Made by a program: the position numbers and the translations under genes
DNA from: an uncultured Candidatus Saccharibacteria bacterium
GTDB taxonomy: Bacteria > Patescibacteriota > Minisyncoccia > Phycocordibacterales > CAIZLB01
Length of the DNA: 64,000 bases
Direction of reading: 5' to 3'
Assembly: GCA_964550955.1 (NCBI GenBank)
Contig: CAZKAF010000001.1
Location: 174,728 to 238,727, forward strand
Notes under the pieces: model-generated
Told to the model about the DNA's origin: nothing
The model's input: only the letters and a program-made list of their open reading frames with translations
The model's database searches: none
Part shown: positions 9,921 to 18,960 of the stretch, one piece after another
Position numbering within the stretch: position 1 is the first letter of the stretch
Layout: each line of letters begins with the position of its first letter

Positions 9921-10472
9921 ATGGCATACAATTTTTCAAAATTTCAGCAAAAAATAAAGGAGACCCAGGAATGGTACTCCAAGGAATTATCAGCGATCCG
10001 GACGGGAAGGGCCTCGACGTCTTTCCTGGACCCTGTCCGAGTGGAGTCTTACGGCTCTGAAATGCCGATTACCTCGCTCGCGACGGTTTCCGCCGAGGAT
10101 GCGAAGACGGTGCGAATCTCGCCGTGGGATAACAGCCAGACGCAAGCTATCGAAAAGGCAATCAACGTTTCAAACTTAGGAGTGAGCGTCGTCGTCGACG
10201 GATCGGGGCTGCGGGTCATTTTCCCCGAACTTACCGGCGAGCGAAGGCTTCAGCTCGTGAAAGTGGCGAAGGAAAAGCTTGAAGACGCGCGAGTGGCGCT
10301 TCGAAGGGAGCGAAACGAGGTATCGGATGACCTTAACTCGATGAAAAAGAGCGGCGAGATGGGCGAGGACGACGTCATGCGGGCGAAGAGCGAGATGGAG
10401 AAAATTTTCCAAGAAGGCTCGGTCAAGCTTGAAGAGCTCTTCGACAAGAAAGAGAAGGAGATTGCCGGCTAG
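9921..10472 (+). CDS. frr: ribosome recycling factor
   Basis: Frr motifs RTGRASTSFLD, NLGVSV and ELTGERRLQLVK. The ATG at 9921 is preferred over the upstream in-frame extension because TACAAT lies 9 nt upstream of it. Confidence 0.9.
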   Translation: MAYNFSKFQQKIKETQEWYSKELSAIRTGRASTSFLDPVRVESYGSEMPITSLATVSAEDAKTVRISPWDNSQTQAIEKAINVSNLGVSVVVDGSGLRVIFPELTGERRLQLVKVAKEKLEDARVALRRERNEVSDDLNSMKKSGEMGEDDVMRAKSEMEKIFQEGSVKLEELFDKKEKEIAG

Positions 10473-10587
10473 CCAGCTGGCATGTCAGCCCGACTGTCGG
10501 GCTGCGCCACCTACATTAATCGAGCATTGCGATGCGGGCATCGCAATGCAAAATCGCGCAAACGCGCATCAGCTAACAAACTAAAAC

Positions 10588-11691
10588 ATGTCCACCGCTA
10601 TTATTTTCCTGCTTGTCCTGACCGTGCTTGTCTTCGTGCACGAGCTCGGGCATTTTCTTGCCGCCCGGCTGTTCAAGATTCGGGTCGACGAGTTTGCGAT
10701 CGGCTTTCCGCCGAGAGTTTTCAGCTGGATGTGGGGCAAGACCCGATACGCCATAAACCTTCTCCCTCTTGGGGGATACGTGAAGATATACGGCGAGAAT
10801 CCCGACGATGAGCGCACTTCGGACAGCATTCTTGCAAAACCGAGATGGCAGCAGGCCGTCGTTCTCGTGGCCGGCGTCACGTTCAATATCATATTGGCCT
10901 GGATACTTCTTTCGGGCGCGCTCATGCTCGGAACAAAGGCCTCGGTCGCTTCCATGCCTGCCGAACTGGTAAAGGACCCCGTTCTTACCGTAGTCATGCT
11001 GGCGCCGGGAAGTCCGGCTGAAAAGGCGGGGCTTCGCGCCGGCGCCGAGATTCTTTCCATAACGGACGGCAGCGACATGGTCGCGACGACTTCGCTTTCA
11101 GTTGAAAGCGTTCAGCGGGTCATTGCAACCGCCGAAACGGACGTGACGCTGGAAGTCATGCAGAAGGGAACTTCGACGGATGGGATTGCGGCGGCGACTG
11201 TCGTCATTACGCCCGTTGAAGGAATCGCTCCCGGCAAAAAAGCCATCGGCATCTCGATGGATTATCTTGGCGAGGCAAGAGCTCCGTTCTTCAGCGCATT
11301 TTATTACGGAGCTCAGCAGACATATCATCTCACCATAAATGTCGCGCTCGGCCTGGCCGATTTCTTGAAAAATATTTTCATAGGAAACGCCAGCTTGAGC
11401 CAAGTCAGCGGCCCTGTCGGCATTGCGGGCGTGGTTGGAGAATCTGCCCAAGTCGGCTTTGCGAGCCTGCTCGTGATAGCGGCGGTCATATCAGCCAACC
11501 TTGCGGTACTTAACCTCGCTCCATTCCCGGCGCTCGACGGCGGACGGCTTGTGGTCGTTCTCGTCGAAAGCGTCATCCGAAGGGACGTGAGCCCGAAGAT
11601 TCTCATGTGGGTCAACGGCATAGGATTCCTGCTCCTGATTTCGCTGATGATTCTTGTTACGGTCAAGGACGTGTTCGTCTTGGTAAATTAA
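10588..11691 (+). CDS. rseP: RIP site-2 metalloprotease RseP (M50 family, with PDZ domain)
   Basis: HELGHF HExxH motif in TM1, a PDZ segment (LAPGSPAEKAGLRAGAEILSI), and a C-terminal LDGG motif. Confidence 0.85.
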   Translation: MSTAIIFLLVLTVLVFVHELGHFLAARLFKIRVDEFAIGFPPRVFSWMWGKTRYAINLLPLGGYVKIYGENPDDERTSDSILAKPRWQQAVVLVAGVTFNIILAWILLSGALMLGTKASVASMPAELVKDPVLTVVMLAPGSPAEKAGLRAGAEILSITDGSDMVATTSLSVESVQRVIATAETDVTLEVMQKGTSTDGIAAATVVITPVEGIAPGKKAIGISMDYLGEARAPFFSAFYYGAQQTYHLTINVALGLADFLKNIFIGNASLSQVSGPVGIAGVVGESAQVGFASLLVIAAVISANLAVLNLAPFPALDGGRLVVVLVESVIRRDVSPKILMWVNGIGFLLLISLMILVTVKDVFVLVN

Positions 11692-11743
11692 ATTGCAGGA
11701 TTTCATCCGCAAGGACTTGTTCCGATTGCATTAAAATTGTATT

Positions 11744-11779
11744 AAAAAACCGCGGAGAGCCTTGAGGGGCTGTCCGCGG
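11744..11779 (-). terminator. rho-independent terminator for the 11818-12378 membrane-protein gene
   Basis: On the minus strand the hairpin CCGCGGA…TCCGCGG is followed by TTTTTT. Confidence 0.55.
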
Positions 11780-11817
11780 CTGTCGTTCTCGCTGTTGCCG
11801 GAACGTGGCGCCGATTG

Positions 11818-12378
11818 TCAGTCGGTGCCGTTGCTCCACTTTTCGAGAATCAATTCTGCATCGTCTCCGAAGAGCCTGAGCACTTTCTTTCGCCTTGATG
11901 CCTGCGCCGCGTAATTGAGAATCAGGCTGAAAGCCATCAGTCCCGCCGAGATGCCGAGCGAACGGAAATCAAACGGTCCTGACGGCTCTCCGGCGGAATG
12001 ATGCTCCATGTCCGCGATCATGTAATCGGCCAGCGTCTCCAGGAGCAGGACTGCTCCGATGAATCCGACAATGGTGCTGTACGTGACCAGGAGCGTCTCG
12101 TGATAGGCGTATCTGTATTCGCTGTCCACCTCCTCGGAGCCGCAATCCATGCGGTCCTTGGCGCGCTTCAGATAGAAATCGGACGTGTAATAGACGAAGC
12201 AGCCGGCAAAGAATGCCGTCAGCTTCGTCCAGCCGGAAACGATGTTTATTTCCGGAACCGCCGGCGCCGCGTACCACAAAAAGATGACGGCGACGGCTGC
12301 CCATGCGGCAACGAATCCTGCGGCCCTTGAAACGTGCAGGATTCGGAGAACGGTCTTCAGTTCAGCTTGCGTTTTCAT
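11818..12378 (-). CDS. hypothetical membrane protein
   Basis: 186-aa ORF with several hydrophobic segments. No recognisable motif. Confidence 0.5.
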   Translation of the reverse strand: MKTQAELKTVLRILHVSRAAGFVAAWAAVAVIFLWYAAPAVPEINIVSGWTKLTAFFAGCFVYYTSDFYLKRAKDRMDCGSEEVDSEYRYAYHETLLVTYSTIVGFIGAVLLLETLADYMIADMEHHSAGEPSGPFDFRSLGISAGLMAFSLILNYAAQASRRKKVLRLFGDDAELILEKWSNGTD

Positions 12379-12398
12379 TGTTTGCTGGTTTCAACTTT

Positions 12399-13025
12399 CT
12401 ATTTTGGCTGCTTCTCTTTCTTCGGCACCGCCGGCAAAGGCGCTGCCTGCTCTGAATTCCCCGGCCACATGAGCAGCAAGGGGGCGTACGTTCTGCCTGT
12501 CAGGAATTCGACTCGCTGCAGGTAGAATTTCCTGTTCTTTCGCCCGTAATGCCACATGAGCATGCCGGCTATCAGGATTATCCATTCGGTTCCGGCATGC
12601 TCGTCGGGATTGAACATGAAGCCGAGCTTCTTGTTCACGATCGAGTGCAGTCCGGCGAATGAAATTCCCGCAAATTCGGCAACGACGCTGAGATTGAATA
12701 GCAGGTTCTCGACATGCGAAGAGCTGAGCTTCGGGTCGAGATTCCTGCCTTTCCTGAAAGCGTCGGCGATGTTCGCATGGTGCTTGCCGGTAAATATCAA
12801 GGCGATTCCGAAAATCGGAATCAGGCTGAATAGCGTCGTGAGCCTGCTGTCAAAATACAGCGCGGCCACGCCCGCAATCAGCATGGACCAGCCCGATATC
12901 TGGGCGATTCGAAACAGCCAGACGTTTGCCGCGACTGCCAGGGGAGAGGATTCCGTGTTCATTTGATTTGCTGAATGTGCTTGTTTGGATGTCGGATGCA
13001 TGGGAGCCGAAGTGCCCCGATGCAT
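12399..13025 (-). CDS. hypothetical membrane protein (start possibly at internal Met, ~12962)
   Basis: 208-aa ORF with 4-5 hydrophobic helices. It is co-directional with, and 20 nt upstream of, the previous gene. Confidence 0.5.
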   Translation of the reverse strand: MHRGTSAPMHPTSKQAHSANQMNTESSPLAVAANVWLFRIAQISGWSMLIAGVAALYFDSRLTTLFSLIPIFGIALIFTGKHHANIADAFRKGRNLDPKLSSSHVENLLFNLSVVAEFAGISFAGLHSIVNKKLGFMFNPDEHAGTEWIILIAGMLMWHYGRKNRKFYLQRVEFLTGRTYAPLLLMWPGNSEQAAPLPAVPKKEKQPK

Positions 13026-13178
13026 CTTGCTGAAATGAGCAATCTGTTGCCTGGTAGGGATACTATCATAAATATGAAAAAAGTTAACTAAAACGCATGT
13101 TTTGGTGTAGAATGTTGACCATGACGCTCGCCGGCACGATATGTTGCGGGCGGGCGGTATGAGCTATTTATAAAGACC

Positions 13179-14435
13179 ATGAGACAATCAAAACTTTTTA
13201 CGAAAACGCGCCGGGAAGCGCCAAAAGACGAAGTCGCGAAAAACGCGCAGCTGCTTATCAGGGCGGGATATGTCGAGAAGACCCTTGCCGGGGTGTATTC
13301 GTTTCTGCCTCTCGGCCTCAGGACCATCGAGAAAATCAAGGCCATTATCCGGGAGGAGATGAACGCCATGGGCGGGCAGGAGCTTTCGCTCGCGTCCTTG
13401 CAGGACAAAAATGTATGGGAAAAAACTGATCGATGGGATGATGCGAAAGTGGACAATTGGTTCAAGACGGAACTTGCGAACGGCGCCGAAGTCGGGCTCG
13501 GGTTCACGCATGAAGAGCCGCTTACTGAATTGATGAAAAATCACATTCATTCTTTCAGGGATCTTCCGCAGTACGTGTATCAGTTTCAGACCAAATTCAG
13601 GAATGAAAAGCGCGCAAAGAGCGGAATCATGCGAGGCAGGGAGTTCCTGATGAAAGACCTGTATTCGTTCTCAAGAGACGAGGCGCAGCACGCTGACTTT
13701 TATGAAAAAATGAAGGTCGCGTACAAGTCAGTTTTTGACAGGGCCGGAGTAGGGCATCTCACATATCTGACGTTCGCGGGCGGGGGGACTTTCTCGAAAT
13801 TCTCGCATGAGTTCCAGATGGTTACGGAGGCCGGCGAGGATACTATTTACATCGACGAAGAGAAGGGCATCGCGCTGAACGAGGAGGTAAACAATGACGA
13901 GGTGCACAAGATGCTCGATTTGGACCCCAAGAAGTTCAAGGAAGCGAAGGCGGTAGAGGTCGGAAACATATTCAGTCTCGGAACCAAGTTTTCTGACGCG
14001 CTGGAACTCGGCTACGCTGATGAGTCGGGAAAGAAGGCGGCGGTTGTCATGGGCTGTTATGGCATCGGCGTTCCTCGCCTGATGGGCGCGATCGTCGAAG
14101 TCTTGTCAGACGACAAGGGCATCGTTTGGCCGAAGTCGGTCGCGCCGTTCGCGGTTCACCTGGTACTGGTCAACGGTTCGGAGGAAACGAGCCAAAGGGC
14201 CGAGCAGCTGTACAAGACGCTTACGGATGAAGGCATCGAGGTGCTGTTCGATGACAGGGACGCCCGAGCCGGCGAAAAGTTCGGCGATGCGGACCTCATG
14301 GGCATGCCGATTCGGGCGGTTGTCAGCGACAAGAACCAGAAGAACGATGCCGGGGAATTTCTCATAGAAGCAAAGGATAGAAAGACGGGCGAGGTTCAGA
14401 ATGTCACGGCTGAAGAATTGATAAAATTATGCTAA
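13179..14435 (+). CDS. proS: prolyl-tRNA synthetase, compact form lacking the INS editing domain
   Basis: Class II motifs YSFLPLGLR and RGREFLMKDLYSF and a ProRS-type anticodon-binding C-terminus. At 418 aa it is much shorter than the ~570-aa bacterial form. Confidence 0.85.
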   Translation: MRQSKLFTKTRREAPKDEVAKNAQLLIRAGYVEKTLAGVYSFLPLGLRTIEKIKAIIREEMNAMGGQELSLASLQDKNVWEKTDRWDDAKVDNWFKTELANGAEVGLGFTHEEPLTELMKNHIHSFRDLPQYVYQFQTKFRNEKRAKSGIMRGREFLMKDLYSFSRDEAQHADFYEKMKVAYKSVFDRAGVGHLTYLTFAGGGTFSKFSHEFQMVTEAGEDTIYIDEEKGIALNEEVNNDEVHKMLDLDPKKFKEAKAVEVGNIFSLGTKFSDALELGYADESGKKAAVVMGCYGIGVPRLMGAIVEVLSDDKGIVWPKSVAPFAVHLVLVNGSEETSQRAEQLYKTLTDEGIEVLFDDRDARAGEKFGDADLMGMPIRAVVSDKNQKNDAGEFLIEAKDRKTGEVQNVTAEELIKLC

Positions 14436-15493
14436 AAAAACTCAGAAACAGATTTCTAAAATTCGCGTCAAATGACATCGGCATCGATCTCGGCACTGCC
14501 AACACGCTCGTGTACGTGTCCGGAAAGGGCGTGGTCATAAACGAGCCTTCGGTAGTTGCCGTGAACCAGAAGACGGGACGGGTCGTGGCTGTCGGCGCGC
14601 AAGCCAAAGCGATGCTTGGCAGGACGCCGGGACATATCATCGCGGTTCGGCCGCTCGTTGACGGCGTTATTTCGGATTTTGAGATAACGGAGGAAATGCT
14701 TTCGTATCTGATCAAGAAAGCCGAAGGTCTTTCGAAGAAAATGCTCGGTCCGAAAGTTGTCATCGGCGTTCCGTACGGCGTCACGAACGTCGAGCGGCGA
14801 GCGGTTCGCGACGCGGCTAAAAACGCCGGCGCCAGGGAAGTGCATATCGTGGAAGAGCCCATGTCGGCAGCCATCGGCATCAGGCTTCCGGTTCGAGAAG
14901 CGACGGGCAGCATGATCATCGACGTCGGAGGAGGGACGACCGACATTGCGGTCATCTCGCTTGGGGGCATCGTGCGGGCCAAGAATCTCAAGGTCGCGGG
15001 CGACAAGCTCAATGCCGACATCATGTCGTATATCCGGAACGAGTTCAAGATTCTCATCGGCGAGAAGACTGCCGAAGACGTGAAAGTGGCCATCGCCAGC
15101 GTGCTTCCGTGCAACCCTTCGCTCGAGACGACTATCCGAGGACGAGACTTGGTCACGGGCCTTCCGCGAGAGGTGATCATCACCGATTCGGACATTCGCG
15201 AGGCCATAGGAGCGTCCATCGACACGCTTCTTGACTCGGTCAAGGAAGTTCTTGAAACCACTCCGCCTGAAATCCTCGCCGACGTCATGCGAAACGGGAT
15301 ACACCTTACAGGCGGCGGAGCGCTGATCAGAAGCCTTCCCGAAGTGCTTTCCGAGTACGTCGGCATTCCGGTATATGTTGCGGAAGATCCGCTCACAGCG
15401 GTCGCCCGAGGCGCCGGAATCATCCTCGAAGAGATAGATTATTTCGAAGACATGCTAATCCAAAACGAAAATGAGCTACCTGCTACGCGATAA
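14429..15493 (+). CDS. mreB: rod shape-determining protein MreB (paralog 2, head of mreBCD-pbp2 operon)
   Basis: IGIDLGTANTLVYV and DVGGGTTDIAV. It overlaps the proS stop and is followed by mreC. Confidence 0.9.
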   Translation: MLKKLRNRFLKFASNDIGIDLGTANTLVYVSGKGVVINEPSVVAVNQKTGRVVAVGAQAKAMLGRTPGHIIAVRPLVDGVISDFEITEEMLSYLIKKAEGLSKKMLGPKVVIGVPYGVTNVERRAVRDAAKNAGAREVHIVEEPMSAAIGIRLPVREATGSMIIDVGGGTTDIAVISLGGIVRAKNLKVAGDKLNADIMSYIRNEFKILIGEKTAEDVKVAIASVLPCNPSLETTIRGRDLVTGLPREVIITDSDIREAIGASIDTLLDSVKEVLETTPPEILADVMRNGIHLTGGGALIRSLPEVLSEYVGIPVYVAEDPLTAVARGAGIILEEIDYFEDMLIQNENELPATR

Positions 15494-16199
15494 GAAAAAA
15501 TCATCCTCGAAGCTTGTCCTGAAGATTGTCGGGGCGGCTATTATCATTTTGGCCCTGACCGCAGTTTTCAGCGGTCCGCTTGACGCGGGGATAAGCAGCC
15601 TGCAGCGTTCGGTCGGATACGCGTTCGGATACTATAATGAGCCCGTAAGGCCCATTTCTGAAAATTCGCTCATAGAATCCTTGAGATCGGAAAATGAAGA
15701 ATTAAAGCTGCTGCTTGGGCGGAAAATCGACGCGGATCAGAAAATATTTTCCGTGGTGCTCATGAGGCCTCCCAAGACCCCATATGATTCGCTGGTCATC
15801 GACATCGGCGAGAATCAGGGGCTTCTTCCGGGCGACCTGGTATACGGCGGAATGGATTATCTGATCGGGCAAATCGAGGAAGTCGCGCCCGCCACGTCGG
15901 TGGTGAAGCTGTTCTCGACTCCGGGCGAGCGGATTGACGCGTTTCTCGGCACCGGATCCTCGACGTCCGCCGTGGTCGTCGAGGGACGCGGCGGAGGAAA
16001 TTTCTATATCAAGATTCCGAGGAACATCGTCGTGAACGAGGGCGATCCCATCGTCGTTCCCGGAATAAACTCGTACGTGCTCGGCACCGCTGAAAATATT
16101 GATTCAGGCGAAGGGGAGGCGTACGCGCACGTGTACTTCAAGCTTCCGGTCAAGCTAAATTCATTACAGTATGTTCAAGTCAAAAAGGCTATTCGCTAA
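15471..16199 (+). CDS. mreC: rod shape-determining protein MreC
   Basis: N-terminal TM, a coiled coil (ENEELKLLLG), and a beta-rich C-terminus. Its position after mreB supports the call. Confidence 0.8.
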   Translation: MSYLLRDKKKSSSKLVLKIVGAAIIILALTAVFSGPLDAGISSLQRSVGYAFGYYNEPVRPISENSLIESLRSENEELKLLLGRKIDADQKIFSVVLMRPPKTPYDSLVIDIGENQGLLPGDLVYGGMDYLIGQIEEVAPATSVVKLFSTPGERIDAFLGTGSSTSAVVVEGRGGGNFYIKIPRNIVVNEGDPIVVPGINSYVLGTAENIDSGEGEAYAHVYFKLPVKLNSLQYVQVKKAIR

Positions 16200-16455
16200 C
16201 GTCGTCGTGTTCGGGACGCTGTTCCTGCTGCCGATGATTCCCTGGTACGTTCCGCTTGTCATCGCCGTTTGGGCGTCATGGCATTTCATGTATTACGAAA
16301 TCCTGATTCTCGGGGCATTGATGGACATCCTGTTCAAAAGCGACCTGTTCTTCGCCGTTCACGGCATCGCGTTTCCGTATCCGTTCCTGGCCGCTGCTGC
16401 GGCATCGCTGGCAATCCTGCAGGTAATCAAGAGAAAAGTCCGCTTCTATTCATGA
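16171..16455 (+). CDS. small membrane protein, possible truncated MreD
   Basis: 94-aa hydrophobic ORF sitting between mreC and the PBP2 gene. Only the position supports the call. Confidence 0.4.
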   Translation: MFKSKRLFANVVVFGTLFLLPMIPWYVPLVIAVWASWHFMYYEILILGALMDILFKSDLFFAVHGIAFPYPFLAAAAASLAILQVIKRKVRFYS

Positions 16456-16561
16456 TTGCCCCAGGCCGGCGTTCGAAGCCTCGCGAAGAGAAGATGAGGC
16501 CGCCGCGTTCTTCATGATTGTTTCGCGGAATGCTGTATAATGCGTATCAAGCCGCGCCGAT

Positions 16562-18340
16562 ATGATTTTAAGAAAATCCCGAAAAATAAAGAGAAATCAT
16601 GAAATAGCTCCGGATGAAATTTTCCTCGATTCGTCGAACTTGCCCAAATTCGACCGGGACCAATTCGAAGGGCAGATAGAGCGGCCCATTTCATACGGCT
16701 CGCTCATGTTCACTGCGGGCTTCTTCGCGCTCGTGGCCCTCGTCTTCCTGTTCAGGATAGGATCCCTGCAGGTGGCCGAAGGCGCGAAGTACAAGGACAT
16801 ATCCGAAAATAACCGCCTTCACCGCAGCCTCATCTTCGCGGAGCGCGGCGCCCTGACCGACAGGGAGGGCAAGCTGCTTGCCTGGAATACTATCGATCAG
16901 AACCAGAATGAGTTCTCGCTGAGAGCATATTCCGCCGAACCGGGACTGCACGGCTTCCTGGGCTATATCAAGTATCCGAGAAAGGACAAGTTCGGATTTT
17001 ATTACAATACCAAGTACGAAGGAGCTGACGGAGTCGAAAAATATTTTGATTCGATTCTGTCCGGCCAGAACGGCCTGAAGATCACGGAAACGAGCGCGAC
17101 CGGCGAATTGCTGTCCCAGAGCACGGTTCGTCCCGCTCTCAAGGGCGAAAACGTCGAGCTCTCGATTCACGAGGGCATACAGAAAGCCCTGTACGGATCC
17201 ATAGAGGAGATGACCCGGCGCTCGGGCTTCGAAGGCGGCGCGGGAATCATGATGGACATCGAGACGGGCGAAGTCATCTCGAGCGTCTCATATCCCGAAT
17301 ACGATTCGAACGTCATGACGGACGGCAGCGATTCTGCGGCCATCAAGGGATATCTTACCGACAGCAAGAAGCCTTTCCTGAACAGGGTTTCCAGCGGGCT
17401 GTACACTCCCGGCTCGATACTCAAGCCGATGTTCGGCCTGGCGGCGATCGCCGAGGGAGTCATCAGCCCTGACAAGAAGATAGAAAGCACCGGCGAGCTG
17501 AGGGTCCCGAATCCGTACCAGCCCGGCGAATTCACGGTCTTCAAGGACTGGAAAGCTCACGGCTTTACGGACGTGAGGCAGGCCATCGCGGTGTCGTCCG
17601 ACGTTTACTTTTATCAGGTCGGAGGCGGGTTTCCGGGACAGAAAGGCCTCGGCATCCTGCGAATGGACGAGTACGCGAAGATGTTCGGCCTCGGCGATTC
17701 GCTTGAGGGCACGTTCTTCAGCGGAAGGAAAGGAGTCATCCCGACTCCCGAATGGAAGAAGGAAAATTTCAAGGGGGACATCTGGAGGGTAGGAGACACG
17801 TATAACACGGTCATCGGCCAGTACGGATTCCAGATAACTCCCGTGCAGGCGGTTCGAAATATCGCGGCGATGGCGAATGATGGAAAATTGATAACGCCAA
17901 CGATCCTTTCCAAGGCTTCGGAACGCGATTTGGCAGACAAGGGATTATACAGCTCCGGAGTTCCGAAAGCCGTGACCGTGGAAAATGTGGGCGGGGTGTC
18001 GCCTGAAAGCGGAAAGAAGCCGGACGCCGCGGCCTTGAGCCGGTATTATCAGATCATAAGGGAGGGCATGCGCATGACGGTGACGGAAGGGACGATGCAG
18101 GCCTTGAACGTCCCGTACGTGAAAGTGGCGGGGAAGTCGGGAACGGCGCAGCTCGGCGTCTCGAAGAAGTTCATCAACTCCTGGGCAGTCGGATTCTTCC
18201 CGTATGACAAGCCGAAATACGCCTTTGCCGTGCTTCTCGAAAGGGGTCCCCATACCTCGACTGTCGGCGCCACGGCTGCCGTGGCGGCATGGCTGGACTG
18301 GATGAACCTGTATGCTCCGGACTACCTTAAGAACGAGTAG
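16562..18340 (+). CDS. mrdA: penicillin-binding protein 2 (elongasome transpeptidase)
   Basis: N-terminal TM plus a dimerisation domain, and transpeptidase motifs SILKP (SxxK), SSD (SxD/N) and KSGT. Confidence 0.85.
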   Translation: MILRKSRKIKRNHEIAPDEIFLDSSNLPKFDRDQFEGQIERPISYGSLMFTAGFFALVALVFLFRIGSLQVAEGAKYKDISENNRLHRSLIFAERGALTDREGKLLAWNTIDQNQNEFSLRAYSAEPGLHGFLGYIKYPRKDKFGFYYNTKYEGADGVEKYFDSILSGQNGLKITETSATGELLSQSTVRPALKGENVELSIHEGIQKALYGSIEEMTRRSGFEGGAGIMMDIETGEVISSVSYPEYDSNVMTDGSDSAAIKGYLTDSKKPFLNRVSSGLYTPGSILKPMFGLAAIAEGVISPDKKIESTGELRVPNPYQPGEFTVFKDWKAHGFTDVRQAIAVSSDVYFYQVGGGFPGQKGLGILRMDEYAKMFGLGDSLEGTFFSGRKGVIPTPEWKKENFKGDIWRVGDTYNTVIGQYGFQITPVQAVRNIAAMANDGKLITPTILSKASERDLADKGLYSSGVPKAVTVENVGGVSPESGKKPDAAALSRYYQIIREGMRMTVTEGTMQALNVPYVKVAGKSGTAQLGVSKKFINSWAVGFFPYDKPKYAFAVLLERGPHTSTVGATAAVAAWLDWMNLYAPDYLKNE

Positions 18341-18360
18341 GAGGGGCTCCCGAACCTTGT

Positions 18361-18389
18361 TTGACCTTATCAGCCAAACCTAGTATACT
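18361..18389 (+). promoter_or_regulatory. sigma70-like promoter of greA (TTGACC-17 nt-TATACT), -10 only 9 nt from the ATG
   Basis: The -35 and -10 hexamers are near-consensus with 17-nt spacing, and there is no Shine-Dalgarno before the ATG at 18399. Confidence 0.5.
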
Positions 18390-18398
18390 TCCCGTCTA

Positions 18399-18869
18399 AT
18401 GGCAAACATGAACAAAGAATACCTATCAAAGGAGAAGTTTACCGAGCTCAAGAAGGAGCTCGAAGAGCTCAAGACGAACAAGCGAAAGCAGATTGCCGAC
18501 GAGCTGGAATTTGCCAAGTCTCTCGGCGACCTTTCCGAGAACGCGGAATACCACGAAGCGAGGGAAGCTCAGGCCGCGCTCGAGGATCGCATCTCGCAGC
18601 TTGAGTCAGTCCTGACTCATGCCGAAATCGTCTCGACTCATCATAGCGACAAGGTCGAAGTGGGATCTGTCGTTCATATCAAGAAATCCGGCGACAAGAA
18701 GGAGCGGGTTTACAACATCGTGGGTTCCGAAGAGGCCGACACGTCCGCGGGCAAAATCTCATTCAAGTCTCCTCTGGGGCAGGCTCTTCTCGGAAAGAAG
18801 AAGGGCGAGAGCTTCGCGTTCAGCACTCCCGCAGGCGAGGCGAAGTACACCGTGGTCACTATCGACTAA
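18399..18869 (+). CDS. greA: transcription elongation factor GreA
   Basis: LTKEKFTELKKELEELKT…IADELEFAKSLGDLSENAEY coiled-coil N-terminus and an FKBP-like C-terminus. Confidence 0.9.
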   Translation: MANMNKEYLSKEKFTELKKELEELKTNKRKQIADELEFAKSLGDLSENAEYHEAREAQAALEDRISQLESVLTHAEIVSTHHSDKVEVGSVVHIKKSGDKKERVYNIVGSEEADTSAGKISFKSPLGQALLGKKKGESFAFSTPAGEAKYTVVTID

Positions 18870-18960
18870 GGTTCCGGCAGTTTTTTCGGCAAATCGAGTA
18901 TTGGTGTATAATTGCTAGGCAATATTAGCAATATTCTTGGGTAATACTTCAGCAATAATC

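Noticed and set aside
10482-10811. 109-aa ORF spanning the frr-rseP intergenic hairpins into rseP
   Set aside because: It is out of frame with rseP and overlaps it by 220 nt. The translation is Arg/Cys-rich low-complexity sequence generated by the palindromes.
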